From IMG/VR virus record IMGVR_UViG_3300024259_001623: a stretch of 64,000 nucleotides of DNA, one strand, 5' to 3'. The notes beneath the pieces are model-generated. The model ran no database searches. It saw only the letters and a program-made list of their open reading frames with translations, and was not told where the DNA came from. The DNA comes from a virus. Lineage: Duplodnaviria; Caudoviricetes. The translations under genes were made by a program, and so were the position numbers. Below, piece after piece: positions 18,675 to 29,163 of the stretch; position 1 is the stretch's first letter; every line of letters begins with the position of its first letter.

Positions 18675-20393
18675 TTATTTTTGCAAAAATTGTAAAACTC
18701 TTTGGGCGTTATTCATCAAAGAATACCAATTACTATCGCCACATGCCGTTTTAATCATATTGCAAATACTATTAAATGCTAATTCATACTCGCTTTGATA
18801 AGTATCGCTATAATCACCACCCATTCTAGTATATTCACCTTTTGGCAAATGTCCTTGCCTAGAATCTAACCACTCAGTGACTTGTTTTAAAAATCCGCTT
18901 GGTGCATTTCCATAAACTGTATTTTCTGCTAAAGCTAATGATTGCCCCTCATCGTTCTCAAATCTTCTAATTAAAATACGAGCAAGAGGGTGTTCTATAT
19001 CTTCATCATTATCTTCTATCAAATATGCTATCAAACCGCCTTCTGCAACTTCACAAAAAACATTTTGGTGATAACTTCCTTCACCTAATTCCATACAAGA
19101 TTTCCAATCTCTTCCTGTTGACATACTTCCTATATCATGAATATCTTGTGAAATAACAATATTAAGTTTTGATTTCTTGCCAGAACGTCTATTAGTAGAA
19201 TTCATGAAAAGATTTTTAAGATTTTCTATTGTGGAATTAATGTTCACAGACTCTCGTTCAACTTCTTCTGGGTCTTCTGAAGTTTTACGCAATTTTTTTA
19301 TTTCATCACTTCTAATTTTATCTAAAAGTTTACCTATTTTAAAAGTCCTACCATCAAACAAACAATATCCCTTGATATATTCATCAGCAGAAACTTTACA
19401 ATTGTATGATTTCAAAAAATCTGTAACCTGAGAATCATTTTCACTTAGATTTAGGTTAGGATGAAAATCCATATATATTCTATTGCTATCGTTTGTAAAC
19501 CAATCTTTGAAGGGATATTCTTTTCCAACTGCTGCATTTTCTATTTCTCCTTCAAAATCCTCATAATCCACTGTTATATCATCATAACACTTGTCACAAT
19601 ATTCTGCTTCATGATTTTCTACCCAATGCATATTATCTCTATACTCTATTGAACCACACTCAGAACAAATTCCATACTCTCCATTTTCAAAACATTTTTC
19701 ACAGACTAAATCATCATTTGACAGTGTATAATAATTGTCACCTGGCAAAATAACCTCTTCACAATCGTCACATTCTGGATATTTTTTAGAACAATCATCA
19801 CAAACAGGATGGCTTAAAGGTATTTCAAATTTAGAAGCCTTTTCTATATCCTCAAATAAACTGTCTTCTATCTGCTGCGTACTTCTTTGAGAAATCCTAG
19901 ATAATGCATCTACATTGCCACTTTCTATAAACTCTTCTAAATAACGCTTAACAAATAGATAAACTCCATCGCGGCTAGAAAAATAATCCTCTTGACCAAT
20001 GATCTGTGCTAAATTATTAATCTTATCCAGATGAGGTAAAGATTTAATTTGATTAGAAATTATATCTTTAATATTTTCAATATCAGGATTTTCTTTATTA
20101 TATTCAGCAAGATATATATCTATAATATTTTTAACAGCAGCACTAAATTCATGAACATCATTTTCAGTAAAATTTACAGATAGTGAATATGGCAGTCCAT
20201 CACCAGGCTTGTACCAAAAATCTATTTCATTTTCAGAAACAGGTTTTCCACAATCATGACATTTATAAAGAGGAGAGCCTTCCTCATCCTTTCCGACAGG
20301 TTGTTGTTTTTCCTCAACCTGTGAAAAAGGCTTATCAAAAGGATAATAAAGAAGCCTCTGGCGTTGACTGAATTTTATTAAATCAAAATACAT
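18675..20393 (-). CDS. large hypothetical protein with multiple CxxC zinc-finger-like units
   Basis: CHDC, CDDC, CDDC, CEKC, CSEC, CDKC; C-terminal SMSTGRDWKSCM...PLARILIR block. Confidence 0.75.
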   Translation of the reverse strand: MYFDLIKFSQRQRLLYYPFDKPFSQVEEKQQPVGKDEEGSPLYKCHDCGKPVSENEIDFWYKPGDGLPYSLSVNFTENDVHEFSAAVKNIIDIYLAEYNKENPDIENIKDIISNQIKSLPHLDKINNLAQIIGQEDYFSSRDGVYLFVKRYLEEFIESGNVDALSRISQRSTQQIEDSLFEDIEKASKFEIPLSHPVCDDCSKKYPECDDCEEVILPGDNYYTLSNDDLVCEKCFENGEYGICSECGSIEYRDNMHWVENHEAEYCDKCYDDITVDYEDFEGEIENAAVGKEYPFKDWFTNDSNRIYMDFHPNLNLSENDSQVTDFLKSYNCKVSADEYIKGYCLFDGRTFKIGKLLDKIRSDEIKKLRKTSEDPEEVERESVNINSTIENLKNLFMNSTNRRSGKKSKLNIVISQDIHDIGSMSTGRDWKSCMELGEGSYHQNVFCEVAEGGLIAYLIEDNDEDIEHPLARILIRRFENDEGQSLALAENTVYGNAPSGFLKQVTEWLDSRQGHLPKGEYTRMGGDYSDTYQSEYELAFNSICNMIKTACGDSNWYSLMNNAQRVLQFLQK

Positions 20394-20427
20394 AACAATT
20401 CTCTTATAATTAGTAATTTAGTTCTTT

Positions 20428-20459
20428 TATTATTTCCAATACAATTGCCAAATTCCTTG
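20428..20459 (-). promoter_or_regulatory. putative phage-sigma promoter (CAAGG-N18-GAAATAATA)
   Basis: Motif copy upstream of 18675..20393. Confidence 0.5.
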
Positions 20460-20468
20460 TAAATTATA

Positions 20469-20867
20469 TTACTTCTCCTGATATTCTTCTACAAACGACA
20501 ATTTTATATCTAACCAATCCTTAACATTCAAAAAAGACGGGATATCTCTTTCGGTGGCCTGATTTAGCATATTTCTAGTACCTCTGCTATTTTCTATTTC
20601 GGTGGTATAACCCACGACATAATCTGGTTCACCTTCATCCAACATTTGTTTATTTCTTATTGGACCAGCAGATTTTCCATATTTTTTCCAATCAGCAGGA
20701 TATTTTTCGACTATTAATCCTCTTTCGGTGGCACAATTCCTAGCTAAACTATCTGCTCCTTTTGCTTCGCCTTCAATAATTGTGCTGTCATCAGGCAGGG
20801 AATCAATAAACTTTTTTATTGTTTCGGTGTCTGAGAAATTTCTACTTCCGCATATTAATATCTTCAT
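20469..20867 (-). CDS. SLOG-family protein (DUF2493/YspA-like)
   Basis: MKILICGSRNF, IIEGEAKGADSLA, YPADWKKYGKSAGPIRNKQM, SRGTRNM; start taken at ATG 20867 rather than 20906. Confidence 0.82.
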   Translation of the reverse strand: MKILICGSRNFSDTETIKKFIDSLPDDSTIIEGEAKGADSLARNCATERGLIVEKYPADWKKYGKSAGPIRNKQMLDEGEPDYVVGYTTEIENSRGTRNMLNQATERDIPSFLNVKDWLDIKLSFVEEYQEK

Positions 20868-20868
20868 T

Positions 20869-21477
20869 TCAATCTCCATATTTAGACTTAAACTTAGTTG
20901 ACACATATTTTATAGCGTCTTTGCAGTATAGTCTAGCCATTTCCCTTGTCACACTTAACTCTTTTCCCATCACATCGAAAGTCTTATTTTCAAAAAATCT
21001 CTTTTTGATAACTTTTTTGTACTTATCTGGTGCTTCTTTGATAATAGCCATCATTGCCTTGATTTTTTCTTTACCGATCAAGTCTTCCAGTATATTACTT
21101 TCCACAACAGGTACGAATTGATCTGAGGCGCTATCATCTTCGTTATATTTTTCTGCCATAGCCTCCCTAGAAACGAATCTTGCTTTTCTTTTTTGATTGA
21201 TAGCAAAAACCCTAGCCATGTCTCTACGCATAGCTTTGAAAGCATACGTAATAAACTTTACATTTCTAGTCTTATCAAAGTTTCTGGCTGCATGTATTAA
21301 TCCCCATGTACCAGCTTCAATATAATCATCCATATCCTCATTAGCAGAGGGGAATTTAGAACTAAAGAATCTAAAGACCATATCAACGAGTTTCATATTA
21401 TCTACGACTAATTGCCATTTTTCTTCTGATAGGTCATAATCTCTTTTGTTTTTGATAACTTTATTTTGGTCGATCAT
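20869..21477 (-). CDS. phage sigma-70-family RNA polymerase sigma factor
   Basis: Region 2 DDYIEAGTWGLIHAARNFDKTRNVKFITYA; region 4 HTH KTFDVMGKELSVTREMAR. Confidence 0.85.
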   Translation of the reverse strand: MIDQNKVIKNKRDYDLSEEKWQLVVDNMKLVDMVFRFFSSKFPSANEDMDDYIEAGTWGLIHAARNFDKTRNVKFITYAFKAMRRDMARVFAINQKRKARFVSREAMAEKYNEDDSASDQFVPVVESNILEDLIGKEKIKAMMAIIKEAPDKYKKVIKKRFFENKTFDVMGKELSVTREMARLYCKDAIKYVSTKFKSKYGD

Positions 21478-21578
21478 TTTACGTACCTCCCATCATTAAA
21501 CGGTGATTATATTGAAAAATTGATGCACAGATAGTGCAAAGATTGAATGTTTTTATTGTTTGAAACGATAGAATGAAA

Positions 21579-22139
21579 TTAGAAAATCTCTGATGTGTTT
21601 TGTGGCTTTCCGAGATTTTGTTGATTTCTATTTTCATTGTTTTCTGGTTGCGTTGTTTCTTGAACTATTATTCCTTGATTTTCTAAATTTACGAGTCCTT
21701 CGACATTGCCTGTTTCATTAGCTTGCTGTTCAGCTTCACTAATTTGATCCATTATACTAGAATCAATTTCGGCTTCCGGCGATGGTTTTCTTCTATCCAT
21801 AAAATAAGTACCATTTCCCACAGCCCAATCCCTACCGGGCTTCTTGCCTCCCTTATCTGGATGCATAACGCTTCTAATAGCCGGGTTATAATTAGGATTC
21901 CTAATCTTACGACCATCATCAAGCATCTCTGAGCCATCAGGATTCAGCATCCAAGGATTTTGCAACTGGTATAAACGCTGCTGCCATCTAGGGATAGGTT
22001 CTTGTTTGCCTAATTCCCAAGCGGCTCGTCCACGTTCGTACAAGTCTTGTCCTTTCTCCCACATATTCGTCAATGAGGAAAACATACCGGATTCTTTGTC
22101 CATTCTCTCGCTAAATTTTTCGGAAAAAACCAATTTCAT
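21579..22139 (-). CDS. hypothetical protein
   Basis: 186-aa ORF with its own AAAGG-N18-GAA motif. Confidence 0.7.
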   Translation of the reverse strand: MKLVFSEKFSERMDKESGMFSSLTNMWEKGQDLYERGRAAWELGKQEPIPRWQQRLYQLQNPWMLNPDGSEMLDDGRKIRNPNYNPAIRSVMHPDKGGKKPGRDWAVGNGTYFMDRRKPSPEAEIDSSIMDQISEAEQQANETGNVEGLVNLENQGIIVQETTQPENNENRNQQNLGKPQNTSEIF

Positions 22140-22169
22140 TTTAATTCACTTAAAAACAATACGTATAAT

Positions 22170-22200
22170 CTTAATTCGGGATAAAGACAGAAAAGCCTTT
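22170..22200 (-). promoter_or_regulatory. putative phage-sigma promoter (AAAGG-N18-GAATTAAG)
   Basis: Motif copy upstream of 21579..22139. Confidence 0.5.
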
Positions 22201-22214
22201 AGTAAAAAATTATT

Positions 22215-23237
22215 TTATTTTGGATACCAATTTTTATTTTCTTTAGATAATTCTTCAACTTTTTTGAAAGACACTTTCCCGCTGACGTACAAAATATTAA
22301 CATGATCAAAATGTCTAGCTTGTAACATCTCTAAATGAGTCTCGCCACCGGCTCTCACAACAGTAGAATCATACTCTGCTAATAATAATTGACCAGGACG
22401 GATATTCGGTGGAGTTATAAATATATTCATACCATAACTAGAAATACCACCACGATCAGTAAGTATTCTCATATGTTCCCCAGGGAAAGTAGATTGAAAA
22501 TTATGAATAGTCAAAGTTCTCATATCATTTTCTAATGTTATTCTCTCAGCATTATTTTCAAAACCACGGGCATTCTGGCCTACAGGATATTCGGTACCTG
22601 GTTTTCCAAGTACAACATCAGAACGATCTAATTTATTTGTTTTAACAATAATTCCTATAATATCTGCTGAAAAAGTTACGCTACCGCTTGATGTTGCATT
22701 TTGACTACCAAGAGGATCAAAAAACAAAAAATATGAATCTACCACGGTACCAGCAGGTATAGTTGTGGGATTTCTATCATAATTATTTTCGTAATATCCA
22801 GGCTCATATATGTCTACGTCTACACTTGATGGTAATGAAAAACCATCTTGTTCTATAAAACCATGAATGATAGTGCTACTTTCATATTCATTAAAAACTA
22901 CTGATGGTGGAGGATTAATAATAGTTACACCATTCATCCCCAATGCCCCATCGCTTGTTTGATCTTCATCTTTGGGACATATTAAATTGCCGCTACTATC
23001 TGACCCCATGACTTTAGGAATCCAACTTCTAACATTTGGAAATCTAAAGTTTTCTGGATTTGATCCTGGAGTATGCAACACTTCAAACAAATGATGGAGA
23101 TTGGATCTACAAACAGCGTCATAAGCATGTTCTTTTGCTGCACTTAATGCAGGTAATAAAATAGCCACTAAAAGAGCTATGATCGCTACAACTACAAGCA
23201 TTTCTACTAAAGTAAAACCTTTCTTGATTTTGCTCAT
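22215..23237 (-). CDS. type IV prepilin-like (pseudopilin) protein with N-methylation site and H-X9-DG-like C-terminal motif
   Basis: KKG|FTLVEMLVVVAIIALLVAILLPALSAAKEHA...CRSNL; C-terminal RHFDHVNILYVSGKV. Confidence 0.9.
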   Translation of the reverse strand: MSKIKKGFTLVEMLVVVAIIALLVAILLPALSAAKEHAYDAVCRSNLHHLFEVLHTPGSNPENFRFPNVRSWIPKVMGSDSSGNLICPKDEDQTSDGALGMNGVTIINPPPSVVFNEYESSTIIHGFIEQDGFSLPSSVDVDIYEPGYYENNYDRNPTTIPAGTVVDSYFLFFDPLGSQNATSSGSVTFSADIIGIIVKTNKLDRSDVVLGKPGTEYPVGQNARGFENNAERITLENDMRTLTIHNFQSTFPGEHMRILTDRGGISSYGMNIFITPPNIRPGQLLLAEYDSTVVRAGGETHLEMLQARHFDHVNILYVSGKVSFKKVEELSKENKNWYPK

Positions 23238-23240
23238 ATT

Positions 23241-23786
23241 TTATCCCCAAATTTGCCAAAACCTTTTCTTTTTTGTTTTTATAATTTCCCGTTTTTCAGC
23301 TATTTTCTCATCTTGCTCTTTTTTGATTCTGTCAAATACATGTTCAAAATCTTTTTTTATTTCTTCAACAACATCATCATAAAAAACATTTTTATGTGCG
23401 ATATTTAATGTCTCTAAATTACCCATATCCTGGATGAGAATACTATCCACATGTGTAACAATAGGGCCAGCAGAACTAGGTATACGTTCACCATATTTTC
23501 TAACGACATGACCATCAATATCTTTGATTCCCCTTTTTAACTTAATAACATAATACGGTCCATTTATGTTTTTTGTATATTGAAAATGTTTTACAATCTC
23601 TTTTACAACTCTGCCAGGAGTGAATATATGAAACGACTTTTTAATATAAATAACTCCTTTGTCATCATCCAATACAATATCTTCTTTATTACAATAATAA
23701 TAATATTCTTGATTCACGATACGGAACTTCAACATTGTTATGTTTTCGTCATCTAATATCACTGTTAATATCTTATTACTTAACAT
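23241..23786 (-). CDS. hypothetical protein
   Basis: Coupled ORF, no motif recognised. Confidence 0.7.
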   Translation of the reverse strand: MLSNKILTVILDDENITMLKFRIVNQEYYYYCNKEDIVLDDDKGVIYIKKSFHIFTPGRVVKEIVKHFQYTKNINGPYYVIKLKRGIKDIDGHVVRKYGERIPSSAGPIVTHVDSILIQDMGNLETLNIAHKNVFYDDVVEEIKKDFEHVFDRIKKEQDEKIAEKREIIKTKKKRFWQIWG

Positions 23787-24648
23787 ATTTATCTCCTAAT
23801 TTCCTCATACCAGCCAAATCTTTATGATCCAATGTTTCTTTTAGTTTTTCGGCTACTTCTGCAATAACAACATCATATCTTTCTTTAAATTCTTCTGTTC
23901 TACTCCAATCCTCATAACTTTTATTAGCTTCGGCAAATTTAAGTAAATCCTTTTTACCAGAAAAATCCTCTTCCGAAGAAGATTTACATTTACTATGATA
24001 CTCTTCGTCTAATATTGTACGAGTCCATCTGTCTAATCTAACATCAGTTGACGGCTGTTTGTCTGCTAACTCTTTTGAGCTTACAAAATGAATACGATCA
24101 GTAGAAGGGCTAAAAGAAAGACTATTAAATGAAGGAATAAATTCATCTTTCATAGCATCTTCCCATTCTTTCCCTCTAAGTTTCCAATCTTCATAATCCA
24201 TACCTTCTGGCTCATCTGAGTTATCCCAATATGGATATTCTTCTACTTCTTTTATATTCTGCCAATATTCAATAAATTCTTTTTTCTCTGCGAATAATAA
24301 GCATAAAATTTTATCTTCTCTAGGAATAAAATCAACAGAAAAGCCCCAATCGAATAATGGATCTTTTTCCTTCTTAGCTCTTTCTATTGTTTTCCCTAAA
24401 CAAAACTCAGCAACGGACACAGGATATATATGACTCATATCCGAATACATATATTTTTCCCAATAAGCAACGTTAAATCTATCTAATGCTAATGAATCAA
24501 CTATCCCAACAGCTATCCTTGACAGGGCTTCCGTATATAGCTCTCTACTGATTATCCTTAATTCTTTGCCTATCTCCATAAAGAATGAATATAATTCATC
24601 CAGGTCCATCCTGGGCAGCTTATACCCATTGTATATCTTAGTACTCAT
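23776..24648 (-). CDS. hypothetical protein
   Basis: 290-aa ORF; MSTKIYNGYK start and YWDNSDEPEG..W..RGKEW segment resemble other phage hypotheticals. Confidence 0.7.
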   Translation of the reverse strand: MSTKIYNGYKLPRMDLDELYSFFMEIGKELRIISRELYTEALSRIAVGIVDSLALDRFNVAYWEKYMYSDMSHIYPVSVAEFCLGKTIERAKKEKDPLFDWGFSVDFIPREDKILCLLFAEKKEFIEYWQNIKEVEEYPYWDNSDEPEGMDYEDWKLRGKEWEDAMKDEFIPSFNSLSFSPSTDRIHFVSSKELADKQPSTDVRLDRWTRTILDEEYHSKCKSSSEEDFSGKKDLLKFAEANKSYEDWSRTEEFKERYDVVIAEVAEKLKETLDHKDLAGMRKLGDKYVK

Positions 24649-24701
24649 TTCTTACCACCTACACATAGAATTTGTTTCTTCATATCGTTCTTCCTATTCT
24701 A

Positions 24702-24974
24702 TCATAAAAATAAAATAATTAATATTATTATAAATAATAATGTATAATTTATCTTATCTTTTTCTTTAACCACTTTCTTTTCCACTTTTTGTTCCACCTT
24801 TTTTTCTACTTTTTTAACAACCAGTCTCATCTTATTGTCGCAGAAATTACATTTAAAAACTTTTCCTATGTCTTTGTTAGGTGTTCTTACTCTACCTGAG
24901 CATTTTGTACATTTTACAATAATCATAATATCTCTCCATATTATTATATAATACCCAGTTCTATGTAATAACAA
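24702..24974 (-). CDS. zinc-ribbon protein with C-terminal TM anchor
   Basis: CTKC...CNFC and C-terminal LLFIIILIILFL. Confidence 0.6.
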   Translation of the reverse strand: MLLHRTGYYIIIWRDIMIIVKCTKCSGRVRTPNKDIGKVFKCNFCDNKMRLVVKKVEKKVEQKVEKKVVKEKDKINYTLLFIIILIILFL

Positions 24975-24980
24975 AAAATA

Positions 24981-25424
24981 TTATAAATTATTGAAAATAT
25001 TTCTCAATTCTTTAACAATCTCATATTCCTCTTCTTCTGGAGTTAATGTGTTGATAGAAGCAAGCAATAGAATATCTAAAAACGAAGCTTTTAGTTCTTC
25101 TGTGGATTCATCTTCATTATCATATAAATCCATAGCTATCTTACAAGCTCTGACAATGTTTTCCCAAACAATAATTTCTTTTTCTGGATTGCAATCCCTC
25201 ATGAAATCTAATTCAAACTGTTCTAATGTAGCTATATCTAATGAGTCTCGAATATAATCGTATATATCTCTAATTCTGTCTAAGATATCATCATCCAAAG
25301 AATCATGTTGTATACGACCACATTTTAAATCATCTACATCAATTTCTACAATATTTCCATCATCATCCACAACTTTAGCTTTTCTACTCATCAGATATCT
25401 CCATGTTTTAATAATATTCAACAT
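24981..25424 (-). CDS. hypothetical acidic protein
   Basis: ORF in the coupled series. Confidence 0.65.
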   Translation of the reverse strand: MLNIIKTWRYLMSRKAKVVDDDGNIVEIDVDDLKCGRIQHDSLDDDILDRIRDIYDYIRDSLDIATLEQFELDFMRDCNPEKEIIVWENIVRACKIAMDLYDNEDESTEELKASFLDILLLASINTLTPEEEEYEIVKELRNIFNNL

Positions 25425-25755
25425 TCCTGCATATTATTTCTTGTAATTTTTCTATTAACTCATATAAGTCATCTTCTTCAATTTCTTCTGTTATCATGTA
25501 ACATCCATCTTTATCTATATCTATATCTTCAAAATCGAATCTGCCATCAGAAAAATCACTTAACAATAAATCTCCGTACATATATGACAAATCAGCAATT
25601 TCATTTATATATCCTGGTATACTATCTAAATCAGAAATAGCGAATAAAGACAATTCACTTAAATAATGAATATCCCAATCATATTCATTATTATCATTCA
25701 TAATTCCGAGACATAGATAAAACATATTTAAAATCCCTTTTATAGTAAAAATCAA
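25408..25755 (-). CDS. hypothetical acidic protein
   Basis: ORF in the coupled series. Confidence 0.6.
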   Translation of the reverse strand: MIFTIKGILNMFYLCLGIMNDNNEYDWDIHYLSELSLFAISDLDSIPGYINEIADLSYMYGDLLLSDFSDGRFDFEDIDIDKDGCYMITEEIEEDDLYELIEKLQEIICRNVEYY

Positions 25756-25761
25756 TATTAA

Positions 25762-26238
25762 TCATTGATTGATTCTTTTACTAATCCTTTCCAAAAAATC
25801 AAATTGAGCCGGATTTATTTTTCCGACAGAATTTTCTAAAGAAAACCATTTTATTTCGTCTATCTCTGGAATAGTAATTTCGTTATCTGAATTTCTTGGC
25901 CAGAAAATAGTACAAGTATTACTTTCCCATTCATCGCCTTCATCCCATTTACCCTCAAAAGCCCAAGCATGAACTACTTTACCAGACTTTTGAGTTATTG
26001 TTCCTAAACAATAGAACATCTTATGTCCAGGGACAAGACCAGTTTCTTCAGTAAATTCTCTTACAGCAGCCGAGAATAAATCTTCATCTTCTTCTACTTC
26101 GCCTTTAGGTATAGTCCAAGCATCCTCATATCTATTAATCCAACATGGACCGCCAGGATGAGCCAACAGGAACTCTAATATATCCTCATTAAATCTGTAC
26201 ATAAGAAGTCCAGAACTTATTTTCTTTTTCTTAGCCAT
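25762..26238 (-). CDS. Nudix hydrolase (second family)
   Basis: LLAHPGGP.W...AWTIPKGE...AAVREFTEETG...PEIDE. Confidence 0.88.
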   Translation of the reverse strand: MAKKKKISSGLLMYRFNEDILEFLLAHPGGPCWINRYEDAWTIPKGEVEEDEDLFSAAVREFTEETGLVPGHKMFYCLGTITQKSGKVVHAWAFEGKWDEGDEWESNTCTIFWPRNSDNEITIPEIDEIKWFSLENSVGKINPAQFDFLERISKRINQ

Positions 26239-26249
26239 ATATCCTCACA

Positions 26250-26603
26250 TTAAAAAGATATACAAGAAAAAATCTCGTATACCATCCATGCTGCTAAGAA
26301 AAATAAGCCGATCCACAGGGGCGACAGGGCCACATTCAACCAAAAATCACTTGAATCTTTCTCTACAACTTGAACAATAATAGGATTACCATCTTCATCT
26401 CTATCCACATACATAGGCCAAGGCTGAAGTGGTAAATCACCAGCATTATTTTTTTGCTCTCTAATAAAATTCTGCTGTTCAAGAGCAGACTGATTCATCA
26501 TCTCAGTCTGCTTCCTCATTTCTTCATTCCTATCATGCGCTAGCTCATACTCCTTATACTTCGGATCACTAGGGCTATAAGGATTATTCCAAGACGCTCC
26601 CAT
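26250..26603 (-). CDS. hypothetical protein with C-terminal TM helix
   Basis: Hydrophobic C-terminus. Confidence 0.65.
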   Translation of the reverse strand: MGASWNNPYSPSDPKYKEYELAHDRNEEMRKQTEMMNQSALEQQNFIREQKNNAGDLPLQPWPMYVDRDEDGNPIIVQVVEKDSSDFWLNVALSPLWIGLFFLAAWMVYEIFSCISF

Positions 26604-26982
26604 ATTCTCTCTTCTCCATATCTTTATTATACTTCACTATTTCATCTCCAACCGTCCCAAGAGTTTTCATATTTTCTTTCGACCAACCTCTAACAATACA
26701 AGCACAACTATTAACCATATAAGACTTTGCTTGTATTAGTTCAAATCCTTTTTCTGACAAAACAGATGCCAACTCTTCTAAAATATCAAACCATCCTATC
26801 CATATAGGATTAGTATCGTTTTTTGATTCTCTCTCTAAGACATTTCTACCAGCTTTAGGAAGTACAGATTCGCATAAATCTATAAAATCTTCTTTAGATG
26901 TATTGTCGGGGCCATATAATATATATGTCCTACTTTCATCATAATCACTTCCCTCAATAATAAACACATTTTCCTTCGACAT
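26584..26982 (-). CDS. hypothetical protein
   Basis: Coupled ORF with GGAG RBS. Confidence 0.65.
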   Translation of the reverse strand: MSKENVFIIEGSDYDESRTYILYGPDNTSKEDFIDLCESVLPKAGRNVLERESKNDTNPIWIGWFDILEELASVLSEKGFELIQAKSYMVNSCACIVRGWSKENMKTLGTVGDEIVKYNKDMEKREYGSVLE

Positions 26983-26997
26983 TACTTCTCCTTGTTA

Positions 26998-29157
26998 CTA
27001 ATTTTCTATTAACGAAATCAGTTCGTCAATATCTTCTATAATCATTATCTCTTCCCCTTGTCCTTTCAGTTCAAAAGCCTTATCTTTCTTCTTACCGGGA
27101 TCATCTCCCACAATAACAAAATTTGTCTTCTTGCTTACAGAACTACTAATCTTGCCACCTTCATTTTCAATCTGGTCATACCAATAAGTCTTGCCATCTG
27201 CAAAAGAACCAGTAAAGCAGAACTTCTTACCAGTAAACTTACCAGTCTTGGGAAGTTCTAATTCAACGTAATTTAGAATATCATCCAACATAAATCTATT
27301 ACGAGCAAAGAACTCTACCAATACCTTAGCTGTCTTATTGCCGATATCTTGAACCTTTTCTAATGCATCTACAGGCATATTTCTGATTGTAGTTAAATCT
27401 CCATTGTAATGAGAGATTAAAGCTCTAGCAGTTCCCTTGCCCGCACCAGGAATACCTAATGCAGATAAGAATTTTTCTACAGGCACAACTTTCTTTTTCC
27501 CATGAATCTTCATTATCTTTTTCAGTAACAAATCATTATCTTTGATCTTTTCTGGATTTTTAACCATGTGAATTCTAGCAACGACTAACAATGCAGAACG
27601 TTCTGTAATCCCAGCCTTCTTCAAATCATCTAACGTTATTCTGTAAAAATCTGGAATTGTTTTAACCAAATTATTTTCAACCAATTTGTTAACCATGCTT
27701 TCGGCTATTCCCTTGACCTCAATAGAAGAAAGATAATTAACTAGATTGCCAACATTTTTAGCAGGACAATCTGTATTATAACAGAACAATTCAGAAGCAT
27801 TGGAACTGGTTACCATCTCCAATTCGCCATTGCAAGAGCCGCATTTATCAGGAGTAACTACGTTATTAGCCTTTTTGACGACACCTATCATCTTAGGAAT
27901 AATCTTTCCGCTCTTGATAAGCTTGAACTGAGTTCCAATGCCTACGCCTTCATTTATAATGATACCGACATTGTGAGCAGTACACTGACTAACCATAGTC
28001 CCATCTAACTTAACTGGTTTAAATTGCATAACTGGGGTTACTTTGCCAGTTCTGCCTGTCTGCCAAATAATACTTTCGACAGTAGGAACAACTACTTTCT
28101 CTGAGAATTTCCAAGCCAATTTGCCTCTTGGATTACCATTAGCTCTATCTCCATGACGACCATGTTGTTCGGAATCTTCAAGATTGTTTACCGATATTAC
28201 AACTCCATCAATTTCATAATCCAATGCATCTAGGGTCGATTCAACAAAAGCTAAATCTGAATATTTAAAAGGTCTTGCTTGGACGAAAGGAACTCCCAGA
28301 ATTTGATTACACCACTTGGCTCTTTCGATTTCGGTTTTATATGGAGCTTTTTCTAAACCTTCTATAGAATAAGCAGTAAAACTGATCTTCCTATGTTTTG
28401 TAATAGTAGGATCATCGAATTGACGAATGCTGCCAGCAGTATAGTTTCTCGGGTTAGCAGGTTCCTTTTTGATCTTGGCAGGATTTATACCCTTCTTGAA
28501 ATCTTCAACAATCTTTTCAAAAACAGAAATCTTACATTCCAATTCCCCACGAATGGAACATGTAATCTTCTTTGGCAATACTTCAAGAATACCTTTGACA
28601 TGCTTGGCTTGTTCTGTAACGTCTTCCCCATTAACTCCATCTCTGGGTCTTAGACCAGCCTTAGTCAATTTGCCATCTTTATAATACAGAGAAATTGCTA
28701 CTCCATCACGTTTAAGAGATTGGCAGAAGAAAGGAGTTCCATCATTATCCTTATCCCCCTTATAACCAAGTTCATCAGAACATTTTTTGAGCCAATTAGC
28801 AAGAATGTCATTCTTCATGCTCAATGTTCCATTGGCTTTAGAGATGGAAGTCATGGGAGGGTTATGAACAACTTTTTCGACATCAGTATCTATATTAGAT
28901 GCAGTTACACCATCAAATGTCTTGGAATTAGGCTTTAAAGCCGCCAGTTCTCTTCTAAGAGCGTCATATTGATCATTCGATACTTGATCTCCATCCTCAA
29001 TAGTTTGCCCCCTATACTCTTTATCTTCTGTAAAAGTAAAGGTTATAGGGGCAATACATGTATCACCGTCCTCAAAAAGAGAATCAAGAACTGCGATTAT
29101 TGACTCTAATTCTTCTGCCGTGTTCGTTGGTACATCATTTTTCATATCTTTCTCCAT
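26998..29157 (-). CDS. ligA: NAD+-dependent DNA ligase
   Basis: QSLKRDGVAI (motif I KxDG), GEDVT, RNYTAGSIRQ, EIDGVVI, QTGRTGKVTPV, C4 zinc finger, HhH, BRCT (FCFTGS...SSVSKKTNFVIVG). Confidence 0.95.
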   Translation of the reverse strand: MEKDMKNDVPTNTAEELESIIAVLDSLFEDGDTCIAPITFTFTEDKEYRGQTIEDGDQVSNDQYDALRRELAALKPNSKTFDGVTASNIDTDVEKVVHNPPMTSISKANGTLSMKNDILANWLKKCSDELGYKGDKDNDGTPFFCQSLKRDGVAISLYYKDGKLTKAGLRPRDGVNGEDVTEQAKHVKGILEVLPKKITCSIRGELECKISVFEKIVEDFKKGINPAKIKKEPANPRNYTAGSIRQFDDPTITKHRKISFTAYSIEGLEKAPYKTEIERAKWCNQILGVPFVQARPFKYSDLAFVESTLDALDYEIDGVVISVNNLEDSEQHGRHGDRANGNPRGKLAWKFSEKVVVPTVESIIWQTGRTGKVTPVMQFKPVKLDGTMVSQCTAHNVGIIINEGVGIGTQFKLIKSGKIIPKMIGVVKKANNVVTPDKCGSCNGELEMVTSSNASELFCYNTDCPAKNVGNLVNYLSSIEVKGIAESMVNKLVENNLVKTIPDFYRITLDDLKKAGITERSALLVVARIHMVKNPEKIKDNDLLLKKIMKIHGKKKVVPVEKFLSALGIPGAGKGTARALISHYNGDLTTIRNMPVDALEKVQDIGNKTAKVLVEFFARNRFMLDDILNYVELELPKTGKFTGKKFCFTGSFADGKTYWYDQIENEGGKISSSVSKKTNFVIVGDDPGKKKDKAFELKGQGEEIMIIEDIDELISLIEN

Positions 29158-29163
29158 TACCTA

